IMG/VR virus record: IMGVR_UViG_3300029305_006210
Location: 1 to 64,000 of that record
DNA from: an uncultured virus (IMG/VR IMGVR_UViG_3300029305_006210)
Lineage: Duplodnaviria > Heunggongvirae > Uroviricota > Caudoviricetes
Direction: 5' to 3' (one strand)
DNA length: 64,000 nt
In this document: in pieces, positions 10,008 through 20,127 of the stretch
How the letters are laid out: every line of letters begins with the position of its first letter
Position numbering within the stretch: position 1 is the first letter of the stretch
Position numbers and translations under genes: made by a program
Notes under the pieces: model-generated
What the model saw: only the letters and a program-made list of their open reading frames with translations
Databases searched by the model: none
What the model was told of the DNA's origin: nothing

Positions 10008-13000
10008 ATGATTGTGGATTTTAAATCTATTAGTCATGATTTTTATGGCAAAATTGAACAACCTGTGTTAATGTTGAAAACTCCTGATGGTAGAGCTATA
10101 ACTACAATTAGTAATTATTATGGATTAGACACCATCTTTCGTTTTAATGATGTTTCCGAAGTAACATTTTCGGTTCCTGCGTTTTATGAAGGAATTCCTA
10201 ATAATGGATATGAGGAAATACATGGATTAAGACTTGTAGAAGTTGAACCTTTTGGAGATTTTATTTTAGTTAATCCTGAAATTTCTAATGAAGGTGGTAA
10301 AAAAGAGATTAAAGTATGTAAGGCGTATTCTCTTGAGTACGCCTTTAATAAAAAGAAAATTGATATTGCAGCCGGAACATATAATTTTTATAATCCAATC
10401 GATAATACTGATACTATTATGCAGATAATAGTTGATTTGATGCCTGATTGGAGTATTGGGGAAATAGATAGAAAACTTATAGGACGTTGGAGAACTTTCG
10501 ACAATATAGATGACAATTTATATTCTTTTATGATGAATACTCTTCAAGAGTCATTTAATTGTTTATTTCTTTTTGATACATTTAATAAAAAAATAAATGT
10601 AATGGAAGCAAACAGATCAACTTATAAATTACCAATTTATCTTTCTTATAATAATTTAATTAAAAATGTTAAAATTACTGAACTTTCCGATGAAATTGTT
10701 ACAGCTCTTTCTGGATATGGTTCAGGAGACGATGTTGATATACGTACTGTAAATCCTAATGGAACAAATACAATTTATAATTTAGATTATTTTATTTCTA
10801 ATGGAGATCTTCCAGATGCTTTAGCTGCAAAATGGGTTACATATGATGATTCTTTGGAAGTATATCGTCAAATATTTTCTAATTTATCAGTTTTAGAGAC
10901 TCAGAAAATAAATGAACGCGAATTAGCAAATGCAAAACGTATTGTACTTGAAACTGAATATGATAATTTAAATACTACATATCTTACAGCTCAAACAAAT
11001 AAAGATGTTAATGCGGATTATGATTATGAAATTGCAGTTTTAAGAAGTTCTCTTTTAGCAAAAGAAGTTGAGCTCAATATCCAAATTAAGCATATCGAAA
11101 TGCTTGATACTGATATTGCAGAAATTGAAAAGAAGATAACAGAGATTACAAATGTTTGTAAAATTGAATCTTATTTTACAAAAGAAGAGATAAAAATTCT
11201 TAGCCAATATTTTATACATGATTCTATAGTAGATGATACATTTGTTATTCCTGAATATAGTTCTGCTATTTTAGAAAGCACATCGAATGTTATAACAGAA
11301 GATAATTTTGGAAGAATTAAAATAGTCGGTGCAGAAACATATGCAAGTAATATTGCAGAAGTTTTTACAACCGATGAGAACGGAGTTTATCAAGCTTATA
11401 CTATAGACCCGGAAAATGGCGAATCTATTTATAATACTAATAATGCAGATCTTTTCCATGAAATTGATTTGAATCCTGAAATTGCACAAACAGTGGCAGA
11501 TCAGCTCAATGACAATGAAAAACGAAAAATGTATGAATTTAGAGGCGGTATATTTGATTTTGCATATGTTGTATATGATGAAATTGAGGGGATTAAAACA
11601 CCTAAAAATGTAAATCTTAAAGGTGATATTGTAAATGTAGATTTTGTTTATAATATTGATAATATGTTAAATTGGGAGAATGATAGCTCTCCTGATATTA
11701 CAAAATTAGGACATTATACTCTCTCAGCAACCCTTAGAAATGCCGAATATGATGGCGTATCATACCCTAATATGAATTTTTTAATACAAGGTATGATTAG
11801 AAATAACATTCCTCAGATAGATGATCATTTTATTAGTTTTGAAATTAGCAACGCAGTATTTTACATAACCGCTTCAAATACTGTATATCAAAAGCAAACA
11901 ATTATACAAGAACTTTATGATTATATAAATGATAGTTTAAAAAAGCTGTCTACTCCATCTTATGAATTCTCGGTTGAATCCGGGAATTTTGTTTTTGCAA
12001 AAGAATTTGAACCTTTTAAAAATCAGCTAGAACTTGGTTGTACAATCAATCTTGCACTTGATGATAATGAAGATAATATAATTCAACCTATTCTTATTGA
12101 GATTGGTTTAAATTATGATAATGAATCTAGTTTTACTATTACATTTAGTAATAAATATCGCTCTTCTGGTAGCGAATTTCAACTCGCCGATATAATTACC
12201 AATATGAGCCATAAAACGCAGTCTGTGGCGCGAAATAAAGGTAATTATCAAGCATATAAAGATAGCAAGGCTGGAAGTCAAGTATCAAATCTTACAACTT
12301 CTGCAATTGACGTAGTTAAAAATAAAGTCATTAATTCTTCTAATCAAGCTATTGAATGGAATAGCTCTGGTATGTTTTTTAGAAAGAAACTTTCAGATGG
12401 TTCTTTTGATGGACGTCAAATTGGGATTATTAATGAAGATATAGCATTTACAAAAGATGGTTGGAAAACAGTGGATATTGCTATTGGAGCATATAATGAT
12501 CCTGATAATGAAATTGAAGGATATGGTATTATCGCGCCTAATATTATTGGCACTCTTATCGCCGGTGAAAATCTTATTATTGAAAATGAAAATAAACAAT
12601 TTAAATTTGATAAAACTGGTGCATGGCTATATAATTCTTCTCTTGCATTTGTACAGGATTCTATGCCTGAGAAAAATTATCCAGGCGGAAAGCTTTTAAT
12701 TGATCCTAATTATGGTATTGCTGCAGGTAATGATAAACTATTTACTTTAAATGGTACTGAAATAACACCATCATTTTGGGATAAAGAAAATGATGAAATT
12801 ATTTGGGATGAAAATGAGCTTGTTGAAACTGCCGATGGATCTATGTATTATGTACCGCTTAATACTCAGTTTTACTTTGATATACATACTGGCAACGCTT
12901 ATTTCTCAGGTACTATTAATGGTAAAAATATTATTGCAGAAACCATTAATGGCCTTGCAATAATGCCAGGAACTATTAGTGGCGATGCGCTTGTAGATGG

Positions 13001-13511
13001 TTCAATTGATTTAGGTAAACTTTCAGGCGATACTATTCCTACAAGTTTTATTAAGGGTCTTACTAATAAAAACTTTAAAGATGGAAAAATTGTTGCCGAT
13101 GAAATAGATGCAAAAAATATTAAAAATGCATATGAAAGTAACGGCACGCTTTGGTCTGGTAAGAGTTTGATGGGTAAAGATGCAAATGGTGATATTCTTG
13201 AAATTGATTTTATCAATTCAATTAAAAATCAATTTAGTGGTGCTATATTTGCATTTAGCTATGAGTATGGTGAAGATAGCGATTGTTATTGGACATATAC
13301 TTTTGTTCCTAAATATCATATTTTGCATCATGAGGGAGAAGGTGTTAGTTTTGAAATGACTACTCCATCAGGTTCAGATGCAGGTCATAAATATTTATAT
13401 ATAAGCAATAATAAAATGATTGGTCATGATAATAATGATGTTATTGTACAAGGTGAAAATGAAATTTATAAAAATGACAGATGGTATTTACGTTATGTCA
13501 TAGGAGTTTAA
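10008..13511 (+). CDS. baseplate hub / Tal-like tail protein
   Basis: Follows Dit; IVTALSGYG and AFTKDGWKT...AIG motifs typical of Firmicute phage tail spike/hub proteins. Confidence 0.7.
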   Translation: MIVDFKSISHDFYGKIEQPVLMLKTPDGRAITTISNYYGLDTIFRFNDVSEVTFSVPAFYEGIPNNGYEEIHGLRLVEVEPFGDFILVNPEISNEGGKKEIKVCKAYSLEYAFNKKKIDIAAGTYNFYNPIDNTDTIMQIIVDLMPDWSIGEIDRKLIGRWRTFDNIDDNLYSFMMNTLQESFNCLFLFDTFNKKINVMEANRSTYKLPIYLSYNNLIKNVKITELSDEIVTALSGYGSGDDVDIRTVNPNGTNTIYNLDYFISNGDLPDALAAKWVTYDDSLEVYRQIFSNLSVLETQKINERELANAKRIVLETEYDNLNTTYLTAQTNKDVNADYDYEIAVLRSSLLAKEVELNIQIKHIEMLDTDIAEIEKKITEITNVCKIESYFTKEEIKILSQYFIHDSIVDDTFVIPEYSSAILESTSNVITEDNFGRIKIVGAETYASNIAEVFTTDENGVYQAYTIDPENGESIYNTNNADLFHEIDLNPEIAQTVADQLNDNEKRKMYEFRGGIFDFAYVVYDEIEGIKTPKNVNLKGDIVNVDFVYNIDNMLNWENDSSPDITKLGHYTLSATLRNAEYDGVSYPNMNFLIQGMIRNNIPQIDDHFISFEISNAVFYITASNTVYQKQTIIQELYDYINDSLKKLSTPSYEFSVESGNFVFAKEFEPFKNQLELGCTINLALDDNEDNIIQPILIEIGLNYDNESSFTITFSNKYRSSGSEFQLADIITNMSHKTQSVARNKGNYQAYKDSKAGSQVSNLTTSAIDVVKNKVINSSNQAIEWNSSGMFFRKKLSDGSFDGRQIGIINEDIAFTKDGWKTVDIAIGAYNDPDNEIEGYGIIAPNIIGTLIAGENLIIENENKQFKFDKTGAWLYNSSLAFVQDSMPEKNYPGGKLLIDPNYGIAAGNDKLFTLNGTEITPSFWDKENDEIIWDENELVETADGSMYYVPLNTQFYFDIHTGNAYFSGTINGKNIIAETINGLAIMPGTISGDALVDGSIDLGKLSGDTIPTSFIKGLTNKNFKDGKIVADEIDAKNIKNAYESNGTLWSGKSLMGKDANGDILEIDFINSIKNQFSGAIFAFSYEYGEDSDCYWTYTFVPKYHILHHEGEGVSFEMTTPSGSDAGHKYLYISNNKMIGHDNNDVIVQGENEIYKNDRWYLRYVIGV

Positions 13512-13522
13512 AGGAGAATTAA

Positions 13523-13723
13523 ATGAATACAAAAATTACTAATGAACAAATTAAAGAAGCTATTTCTAATGTTGAAATTTATCTCGGTAAAATGTCTGTT
13601 TCCGGAGATAATGTATTTGTTTTAGCAGAATGTAGAAGTGCTTTACGTCAAATTATTACTCTTATTCCTAAAGATTTTGAAGAAGATATTGAAGAAGATG
13701 TTTCATCAGAATTAGTTGAATAA
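13523..13723 (+). CDS. small hypothetical tail-module protein
   Basis: AAGGAG RBS, lies in the tail operon. Confidence 0.6.
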   Translation: MNTKITNEQIKEAISNVEIYLGKMSVSGDNVFVLAECRSALRQIITLIPKDFEEDIEEDVSSELVE

Positions 13724-13743
13724 TATATAGAAAGGAGAAACAT

Positions 13744-14112
13744 ATGTCTTTATGCAATCCTCCGTTTAAATTATCAGATATTACTTTTATAGGTGGCGAT
13801 TATCAAGAAATATTATTTCATATTCATGATAATGATAGAGGTGGCCGTATGGATATAGAAAATCTACAGTTGATTTTCTCTGTTGTTGATTATCAAAATA
13901 GATATGGCACACCAATAATTTCAAAGCCATGTGAGATATCTACAAATGATCCTACTGCATTTTCGGCTATATTATTGCCAGAAGAAACAAAAGATCTTGC
14001 TGATAAATATATTTATCAAATAACAATTAAAGCACCTAATGATAAACAAAAAAATTTTCAGGGGGTAATGACTATAGATAAAAATATTAACCCTGATATG
14101 ATTGTGTATTAA
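13744..14112 (+). CDS. BppU-like baseplate protein
   Basis: L.PEETKDL..KY.YQI pattern, AGGAG RBS, position. Confidence 0.5.
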   Translation: MSLCNPPFKLSDITFIGGDYQEILFHIHDNDRGGRMDIENLQLIFSVVDYQNRYGTPIISKPCEISTNDPTAFSAILLPEETKDLADKYIYQITIKAPNDKQKNFQGVMTIDKNINPDMIVY

Positions 14113-14576
14113 TGATAGGTGGTGAAAAATTGCTAACTACATATTTTTTAAATTGTATTGCACAAGAAATTTTTGGTCATCCAGAGACTTCAAAAATTCC
14201 ATATGATTATTATATTGCGTTATCATCAACTGAGCCAAAGTTAGATGGTAGTGGCGTTACAGAACCATCTATAGATACAGGATATCAACGTGTTCGTATA
14301 GATAATTCACATTTATTTTTTGGTGAAATTAATAATGATAGAGTTTTAAATCATGATAAAGCTTATTTCCCAGAATCAATTAAGCCTTGGTATGATATTT
14401 CTTATTATGCGATTTTTGATATGCCTACCGATGGTAATTTACTTATGTTTGGTAAATTAGATTCTATAATGAATGTTCCGATAAAAACCATTGTATCTAT
14501 TCCTATTGAGACTTTAGGGATATCTGTAAATAATAGTGTAGGTGGTGATATTAATGAGTATCAATATAAATATTAA
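14112..14576 (+). CDS. tail fibre-associated protein
   Basis: YIALS...GYQRV...AIFD..T.GNLL.FG.L pattern common in phage tail proteins. Confidence 0.6.
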   Translation: MIGGEKLLTTYFLNCIAQEIFGHPETSKIPYDYYIALSSTEPKLDGSGVTEPSIDTGYQRVRIDNSHLFFGEINNDRVLNHDKAYFPESIKPWYDISYYAIFDMPTDGNLLMFGKLDSIMNVPIKTIVSIPIETLGISVNNSVGGDINEYQYKY

Positions 14577-14865
14577 TCAATCGCATAATGTTATTACCAT
14601 TGATGTCCCCTATTCTACTTGTCAAAATATTGATATTGACTATGGATCATCTTATAATGATTTAACATTATCGGTATCTGATTTCCCAGTTTTTATTAAA
14701 ACTCAATTTCTTTTAAATGAAATCTTTGTAAATAATGAAATTTGTTTTAATATGGTTTCTCAGAGGCTTGTAAAAAATACTGACCCATTTCTAATTAAAG
14801 GTATTGATACAATGACTCTTGATAATTTAGATATAGATCAAGATATTATATTTTATAGCGTATAG
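14542..14865 (+). CDS. hypothetical tail-module protein
   Basis: ORF coupled within the operon. Confidence 0.45.
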   Translation: MVILMSINININQSHNVITIDVPYSTCQNIDIDYGSSYNDLTLSVSDFPVFIKTQFLLNEIFVNNEICFNMVSQRLVKNTDPFLIKGIDTMTLDNLDIDQDIIFYSV

Positions 14866-14878
14866 TGAGCAATTAATT

Positions 14879-15388
14879 TTGCTCACTATTTATTTTTTTT
14901 TGAAAGGAGTCTACATGGCAGAAATTAATAAAACTGTTAATTACGGTTTCAATATATTTGGCGACGATCAGACTTCCCTCACTTTTAAAGAATTTCGTAA
15001 ATTATTAGCTGGTACGGGTAATACTGAGGCTGAGTTTTCTAATATGCAAAAGATTGATGCTGTACTAAAACAGTATGCTACTGCTATTAATGATAATTTA
15101 TTATCCTCTAAAAATTATACGGAAGAACAGATTGCCGCATTTAAGTTAATTAATGATGAATTAATCAAATCAAATGAAGATGGAAATTTAATTATAGGCG
15201 GAGAAAAAGGTAAACCTATTGAATTTAGGGATGGCTCAACAGTTTCATATTTAGGTAATGGAGTATTTACCGTTAATGGCGTAGAAGTTGATTATGTAAG
15301 AATTGTTGATTATATATTAAAATTTAATCCTACAAATGGACATCTCCAAATTTCTTATAAACCCAAAAATACTGGAGGTGTTATTTAA
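14879..15388 (+). CDS. hypothetical tail protein (likely start MAEINK)
   Basis: AAGGAG before the internal ATG; SNMQKID motif. Confidence 0.5.
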   Translation: MLTIYFFLKGVYMAEINKTVNYGFNIFGDDQTSLTFKEFRKLLAGTGNTEAEFSNMQKIDAVLKQYATAINDNLLSSKNYTEEQIAAFKLINDELIKSNEDGNLIIGGEKGKPIEFRDGSTVSYLGNGVFTVNGVEVDYVRIVDYILKFNPTNGHLQISYKPKNTGGVI

Positions 15389-17466
15389 TGGCTAGTGGAA
15401 GTTTTACTAAACAAGTTGGAAATAGAAAAAATACTGAAAATGAATATATAAAAGTCTGGTGGGAAAGTACGCCGGATGCTGCAAATAATAAATCAAAAGT
15501 TCGTGCTTACGCTAAAATGTATCGACCATGGTATATAGCAGTGGATTATGACCAAGAAATTCAAATGTGGATCGATGGTACAAAATATACTGCAAGCAGA
15601 TATGGTTGGCGTGGTTCCGGATGGACTGAAGCATATATAGATAAAACTAAAACTGTTACTCATAACAGCGATGGAACGAAAAGTGTTTATATAAGAGTTA
15701 AAACCCAGGTAAAAGCTTGGTTACGTGAGTGGGTTGGCTGGGTTGATACTGGAGAGCAACTTTGTAAGTTAGATAATTTAGCACGAAAGTCATCTTTTAC
15801 TATTAATAAAACTTCCGCCACTATTGGCGATAGTATATCTGTTACATTAAACAGGAGTTCCTCTAGTGTTAGACATGCTATTAGCATTAAAGTTGGTAGT
15901 ATAACAAAAACAATTTTGAGTAAGTCAAGTGATAATGGTAGTACTGGAACATATTCATATACTTTATCCGCAGCTGATTTATTACCTGCTATGTCTAGCA
16001 AATCTGTTACTGCTAAAATAACTGTAACAACATATAATGGTAGCACAAGTTTAGGTAGTAATGAAAAGACGTTCACATTAAAAATTAGAGATACTGATAA
16101 ACCAATTATTAATAGCTTTGATATATCTGTAGTTCCTGTTTCGCCAAATACAATTAAAGATATTTTTGTTCTTGGCAAATCAAAAGCACAGATAACTATT
16201 AATGCTACTCCGACAGATTCTACCGGCGGTAAAATTGTAAGTTATAGAGTTGCTATCGGAAATGCTAATGGACAATTAGGATCTTTTGCAGCTTATAAAA
16301 ACAATGTTATTACAACTCCAATTTTTAATGTTGCCGGCCAAGGTAAGATAGGAGTATATGCTATTGATGCAAGAGGCTCAGAATCTGCTATCATAGAAAA
16401 AGAAATAGAAATATATCCTTATCAAAATCCATCTATTCTTTCATTCGCTATTGATAGATGTACGGAAGATGGAACCCCAGATAAATCTGGTATGTACATT
16501 AATTTTTCTTCTACATATATGTTTTATTCTTGTAATTATAAAAATTCAGCTGTGGTCACTCTAATGAAAAGGGCTGTAACTGACAGTAATGATTATCAAC
16601 TTGTAGATAGTTGGCAATTAACTGCAGATAATGCGGTATATAGTAAAGGATCAATATCAAATATTTATGCTGGATATTCTATTGATAGCTCTTATGATTT
16701 TAAATTAATTATTTCAGACTCTTTTGGAATGTTAAGTGAGGCGTTTTCAGAAATTGGAACTGAAGAAATGTTAGTTGATTTAGCTCCTGATGGAGTTGGT
16801 ATTGGTAAAATTGTAGAACGTGAAAGAGCATTTGAAGTTGGATGGGATTCATATTTAGAAAATGTAATTCTAAATAATGGCGCCGGAATATATGCAACTA
16901 AATCTGATAATACTACAGAATGTATTTTAAAATTAGATTCAAATGATGATGTGAATATTAATAATATTGGTAAGGATATTAGATTATATACTGGTAGAGA
17001 AATAACTAATAGTTCAGGTTATACATATTATGATGGTGGAGCTTTATATATTAATAATGAACCGTTTGCACCGAAACAGTATTTATGGAGTGGAACATGG
17101 GAAAAAGGAAGTACTCAGTTTATTCATAACGCAAACAGATATAGAATGTTTTTACTTTCAATAGCAGATACTACTGAAAATCATGGAACTATTATTCCTG
17201 CTATAAAAAATACTGTTGTAAATAAAGATGGTATTACTGTAACAATGATTCGAGGTATAGGTGGATATGTAGCTCATAGCACAAATAGCTCAAGTGATAA
17301 AGTTATTACTGATTATACTTATCAATTTAACGCAGAAGTAGTCGCAACATCAGATCTTGGTGAAACGTGGAATTTTATTGATTGTACATGGATTTATCAT
17401 GGAAATGAAATTGGACATGGCGAAAGAAAACATCTTAACATTGTTAAGGTTGAAGGATTAATATAA
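15388..17466 (+). CDS. minor tail / receptor-binding protein (DUF859-like)
   Basis: V.HNSDGTKS, RC..DGT....G.Y and GVGIGK motifs seen in siphophage minor structural proteins. Confidence 0.65.
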   Translation: MASGSFTKQVGNRKNTENEYIKVWWESTPDAANNKSKVRAYAKMYRPWYIAVDYDQEIQMWIDGTKYTASRYGWRGSGWTEAYIDKTKTVTHNSDGTKSVYIRVKTQVKAWLREWVGWVDTGEQLCKLDNLARKSSFTINKTSATIGDSISVTLNRSSSSVRHAISIKVGSITKTILSKSSDNGSTGTYSYTLSAADLLPAMSSKSVTAKITVTTYNGSTSLGSNEKTFTLKIRDTDKPIINSFDISVVPVSPNTIKDIFVLGKSKAQITINATPTDSTGGKIVSYRVAIGNANGQLGSFAAYKNNVITTPIFNVAGQGKIGVYAIDARGSESAIIEKEIEIYPYQNPSILSFAIDRCTEDGTPDKSGMYINFSSTYMFYSCNYKNSAVVTLMKRAVTDSNDYQLVDSWQLTADNAVYSKGSISNIYAGYSIDSSYDFKLIISDSFGMLSEAFSEIGTEEMLVDLAPDGVGIGKIVERERAFEVGWDSYLENVILNNGAGIYATKSDNTTECILKLDSNDDVNINNIGKDIRLYTGREITNSSGYTYYDGGALYINNEPFAPKQYLWSGTWEKGSTQFIHNANRYRMFLLSIADTTENHGTIIPAIKNTVVNKDGITVTMIRGIGGYVAHSTNSSSDKVITDYTYQFNAEVVATSDLGETWNFIDCTWIYHGNEIGHGERKHLNIVKVEGLI

Positions 17467-17467
17467 T

Positions 17468-17509
17468 AAAATAGGGAGTACCAAAACAAATCGGTACTCC
17501 CTATTTTTT
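17468..17509. terminator. bidirectional intrinsic terminator
   Basis: AAAATAGGGAGTACC...GGTACTCCCTATTTT between convergent tail and integrase units. Confidence 0.85.
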
Positions 17510-17519
17510 ACGTTTTTAT

Positions 17520-17812
17520 TCAGCGTATGGTAACATATCATTAGCTTTCTCTACACCATTTACTACGCCAATTTTACGCCAATTTTGTGATAATTTACGA
17601 TAATTTACATCAAGTTATGATAGTTTGTTAAATATTTACATATGCTGTAATCGTTTAAATTACAGTGTTTTCAAGGGTTTTAGGATTTAGGAATCTTACC
17701 TATGTCCCACTACTATAGCGGGACAGTCGTGTTCTGATTAGTTATTAAAATCGTTGAAATTTCAATATTTGTGAGAGTATAGGGTTTAGCTTTAAAACGG
17801 TTTACGCCAATT
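17520..17812. other. putative attP region
   Basis: Non-coding region downstream of the integrase; TACGCCAATTTT occurs in tandem at ~17564-17586 and again at ~17803-17814, resembling arm-type sites. Confidence 0.6.
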
Positions 17813-18958
17813 TTACACCATATCGATATTCTCTATCAATTTAGCCTTTTGGCCATCTGTAACATGAGTATATATATCCATAGTAGTCTTTACTGATGAA
17901 TGTCCCAGTATTTCTTGTGTAACTTTGGCAGATATATCTCTTTCAAAACATCTAGTTGCAAAAGAGTGTCTTAGTGAATGTGCAGATATTCTTTTTATTC
18001 TTTGATCTTCAAGTTCCATTTTTCTTAGAACAGTTTTTAATGCGGCATTATAACAGCTTGTATTTAACCACCTATTTCTATTTGTTGTAAATAGAAAGTC
18101 TTTTGCTAAAGTTCCTGGGTATTTTTCATTTAGCATTTTCTTTATTTCTATTTGTTGTTTTAATGCTTTCATACAACTTGAATTCATAGGAATTATTCTT
18201 TTGCTGGAAGGGGTTTTTGTATTTCCAATTAAAAACTTACCCTTGCCATCAAAACATTTAAATTGTAGTGTTTTATTGATATTTATAGTCTTCTTATTGA
18301 AATCTATATCATCATATGTTAATGCGAATAATTCTCCTGGCCTCATACCAGTATTTAATTGAACTAGAAATGCATTATGGTAAAAACTGTTTTTAGATAT
18401 TTCTATAAAATTAAGTTGTTCTTCTTTTGTAAAAGCTGTTCTTCTTTCAAAATCTTTTTCATGTTTCATTATTTTCACTCCTCTGGTTGGGTTCGTTTTA
18501 GCATAATTATTTGCTATCGCTTTATTGTACATGTCTGATAAAATTCTTTTTACTTTATCTTGAGTGCTCCAAGCATAATTATTATCAGCTAGTTTATTAA
18601 TTAGATTACTAACATCTATTTGAGTTAGTGATGTTAATTTTGTCGTCCCAAAATCAGGCGATATAAATGATTTATAATGATCCGTATATATTGATTTAGT
18701 AGTTTCTCTTGTGTCATGTTTCAATATTGTGATCCATATTTCAAACCATTTATCTAAACATAAATCAGATTTTATTCCTAAATTTAAAACTTTATCTTCG
18801 TATTCAGCTTTTCTTAGCTTATCTTTCAGATTAACCAATTTTTTATCATATATTGATTTTCTCTTGCCAAATCTATTAGTGTATCTCGCACAATATACAC
18901 CGTCTTTTCTTTGTGATATTCCTTGCCCTAACTCCTTTCCTTTTAAATCTTTTCCCAT
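17813..18958 (-). CDS. int: tyrosine integrase with N-terminal arm-binding domain
   Basis: GISQRKDG N-terminus; TGMR, KT, HSLRH, LGH and terminal Y catalytic motifs. Confidence 0.95.
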   Translation of the reverse strand: MGKDLKGKELGQGISQRKDGVYCARYTNRFGKRKSIYDKKLVNLKDKLRKAEYEDKVLNLGIKSDLCLDKWFEIWITILKHDTRETTKSIYTDHYKSFISPDFGTTKLTSLTQIDVSNLINKLADNNYAWSTQDKVKRILSDMYNKAIANNYAKTNPTRGVKIMKHEKDFERRTAFTKEEQLNFIEISKNSFYHNAFLVQLNTGMRPGELFALTYDDIDFNKKTININKTLQFKCFDGKGKFLIGNTKTPSSKRIIPMNSSCMKALKQQIEIKKMLNEKYPGTLAKDFLFTTNRNRWLNTSCYNAALKTVLRKMELEDQRIKRISAHSLRHSFATRCFERDISAKVTQEILGHSSVKTTMDIYTHVTDGQKAKLIENIDMV

Positions 18959-19032
18959 TAATTATGCCTCCTCTTTATTGAAGAGAAAGCTATGATATGT
19001 AAATATATTATAACATAACTTCATGTAAATTA

Positions 19033-19209
19033 TCATTCCTTCGTTTTATTCAAAAGCCATTTATCTAATTCTTTTTTATGAGCATAGAGTCTGTTACCTA
19101 TTCTTATACAGAATGGGCAAGAAGGCGAGAGTAACAATTCCCTCGCCTTAGTTTGCCCGATTTTCAGATAAGCACAAAACTCTTTTAATGTTAATAATGC
19201 GCTATCTAT
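19033..19209 (-). CDS. xis: excisionase-like HTH protein (58 aa, ATA start; missing from the ORF track)
   Basis: IDSALLTLKEFCAYLKIGQTKARELL...IRIGNRLYAHKKELDKWL; AAGGAG 6 nt before ATA; adjacent to int. Confidence 0.75.
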   Translation of the reverse strand: MDSALLTLKEFCAYLKIGQTKARELLLSPSCPFCIRIGNRLYAHKKELDKWLLNKTKE

Positions 19210-19574
19210 AATTTACTCCTTTTCTCTTTTTTTGAAGATGCAGCTATACTTTCGGGTACTTCTGGCATTGAATATAAAATACGTTCAAGTGTTTCTTTTT
19301 TTCCTACTATAGCTGCAATAGCTAATAAATTTTCTTCAAGTTTTTTATTTACTTTTTCAATGTGTTTAATATAACCATCAAGAGTTGTACATTTATTAAA
19401 ACGCTCTTCTCGCTCAGCTAAATTTTTAAATAGTGCAGCTATTGTAGAATAATATCCTATAGTAAATCCTTCTTCATTATCGGGATCCTCACCATTTTCT
19501 TTTAGTTCTACAAGCCTATAACATCTAGCGTCACTCTTAATAGCATATTTGTCATCCCATATTTTAATATTCAT
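19206..19574 (-). CDS. hypothetical phage protein
   Basis: 122 aa ORF in the operon. Confidence 0.6.
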   Translation of the reverse strand: MNIKIWDDKYAIKSDARCYRLVELKENGEDPDNEEGFTIGYYSTIAALFKNLAEREERFNKCTTLDGYIKHIEKVNKKLEENLLAIAAIVGKKETLERILYSMPEVPESIAASSKKEKRSKL

Positions 19575-19582
19575 ATATTAAC

Positions 19583-20113
19583 CTACTTACCGCTGGAACC
19601 AAGCTTGCCTGCACCACGTACAGAACCAGCCGCTTCTAATTCTTCTTTTGTAATAGATTCAACTTCAACTTCCGGAACTGGCAGTAAAAGCATTTGACAG
19701 ATTGCTTTGTTATATGGGTAAATTACATATTCATCATCATCAAAAAATAATGATGCCATATATTGTTTGAATTCATCTATATAATCAGTTTTTACTATAG
19801 CTATCGGATAATCGTTATGATTAGTAATTGGTACAAGCCATTCTCCGCGATATCCAGAGTCAATTATACCTGCTCGCTGACCCATTCCCTTAGTTCCAGT
19901 AGAGCCACGCTCTTTTAATACAGCTACATATTTCTTATCAAAAACTGATGCAATACCTGTTGGGATCATCTCTGTCTTATGAGGTTCGATAATCACCCAA
20001 TCTTCTGGGAAGCAGGCATATATATCATAGCCTGCATCCTCGTCATTTTTCTCTGGTAACATCGCATCTGCATTTAATAAACAAATTTGAATATTATTTT
20101 TTTCTACTCTCAT
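19583..20113 (-). CDS. dut: trimeric dUTPase
   Basis: AGYD, GIIDSGYRGE, ICQ and RGAGKLGSSG motifs. Confidence 0.95.
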   Translation of the reverse strand: MRVEKNNIQICLLNADAMLPEKNDEDAGYDIYACFPEDWVIIEPHKTEMIPTGIASVFDKKYVAVLKERGSTGTKGMGQRAGIIDSGYRGEWLVPITNHNDYPIAIVKTDYIDEFKQYMASLFFDDDEYVIYPYNKAICQMLLLPVPEVEVESITKEELEAAGSVRGAGKLGSSGK

Positions 20114-20127
20114 ATATTAATCCCCCC

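Noticed and set aside
1480..16897. Short overlapping or antisense ORFs inside the tail genes
   Set aside because: Shadow ORFs of long, well-supported genes with no motifs
15388..17466. Diversity-generating retroelement target
   Set aside because: No reverse transcriptase or template repeat visible in the window
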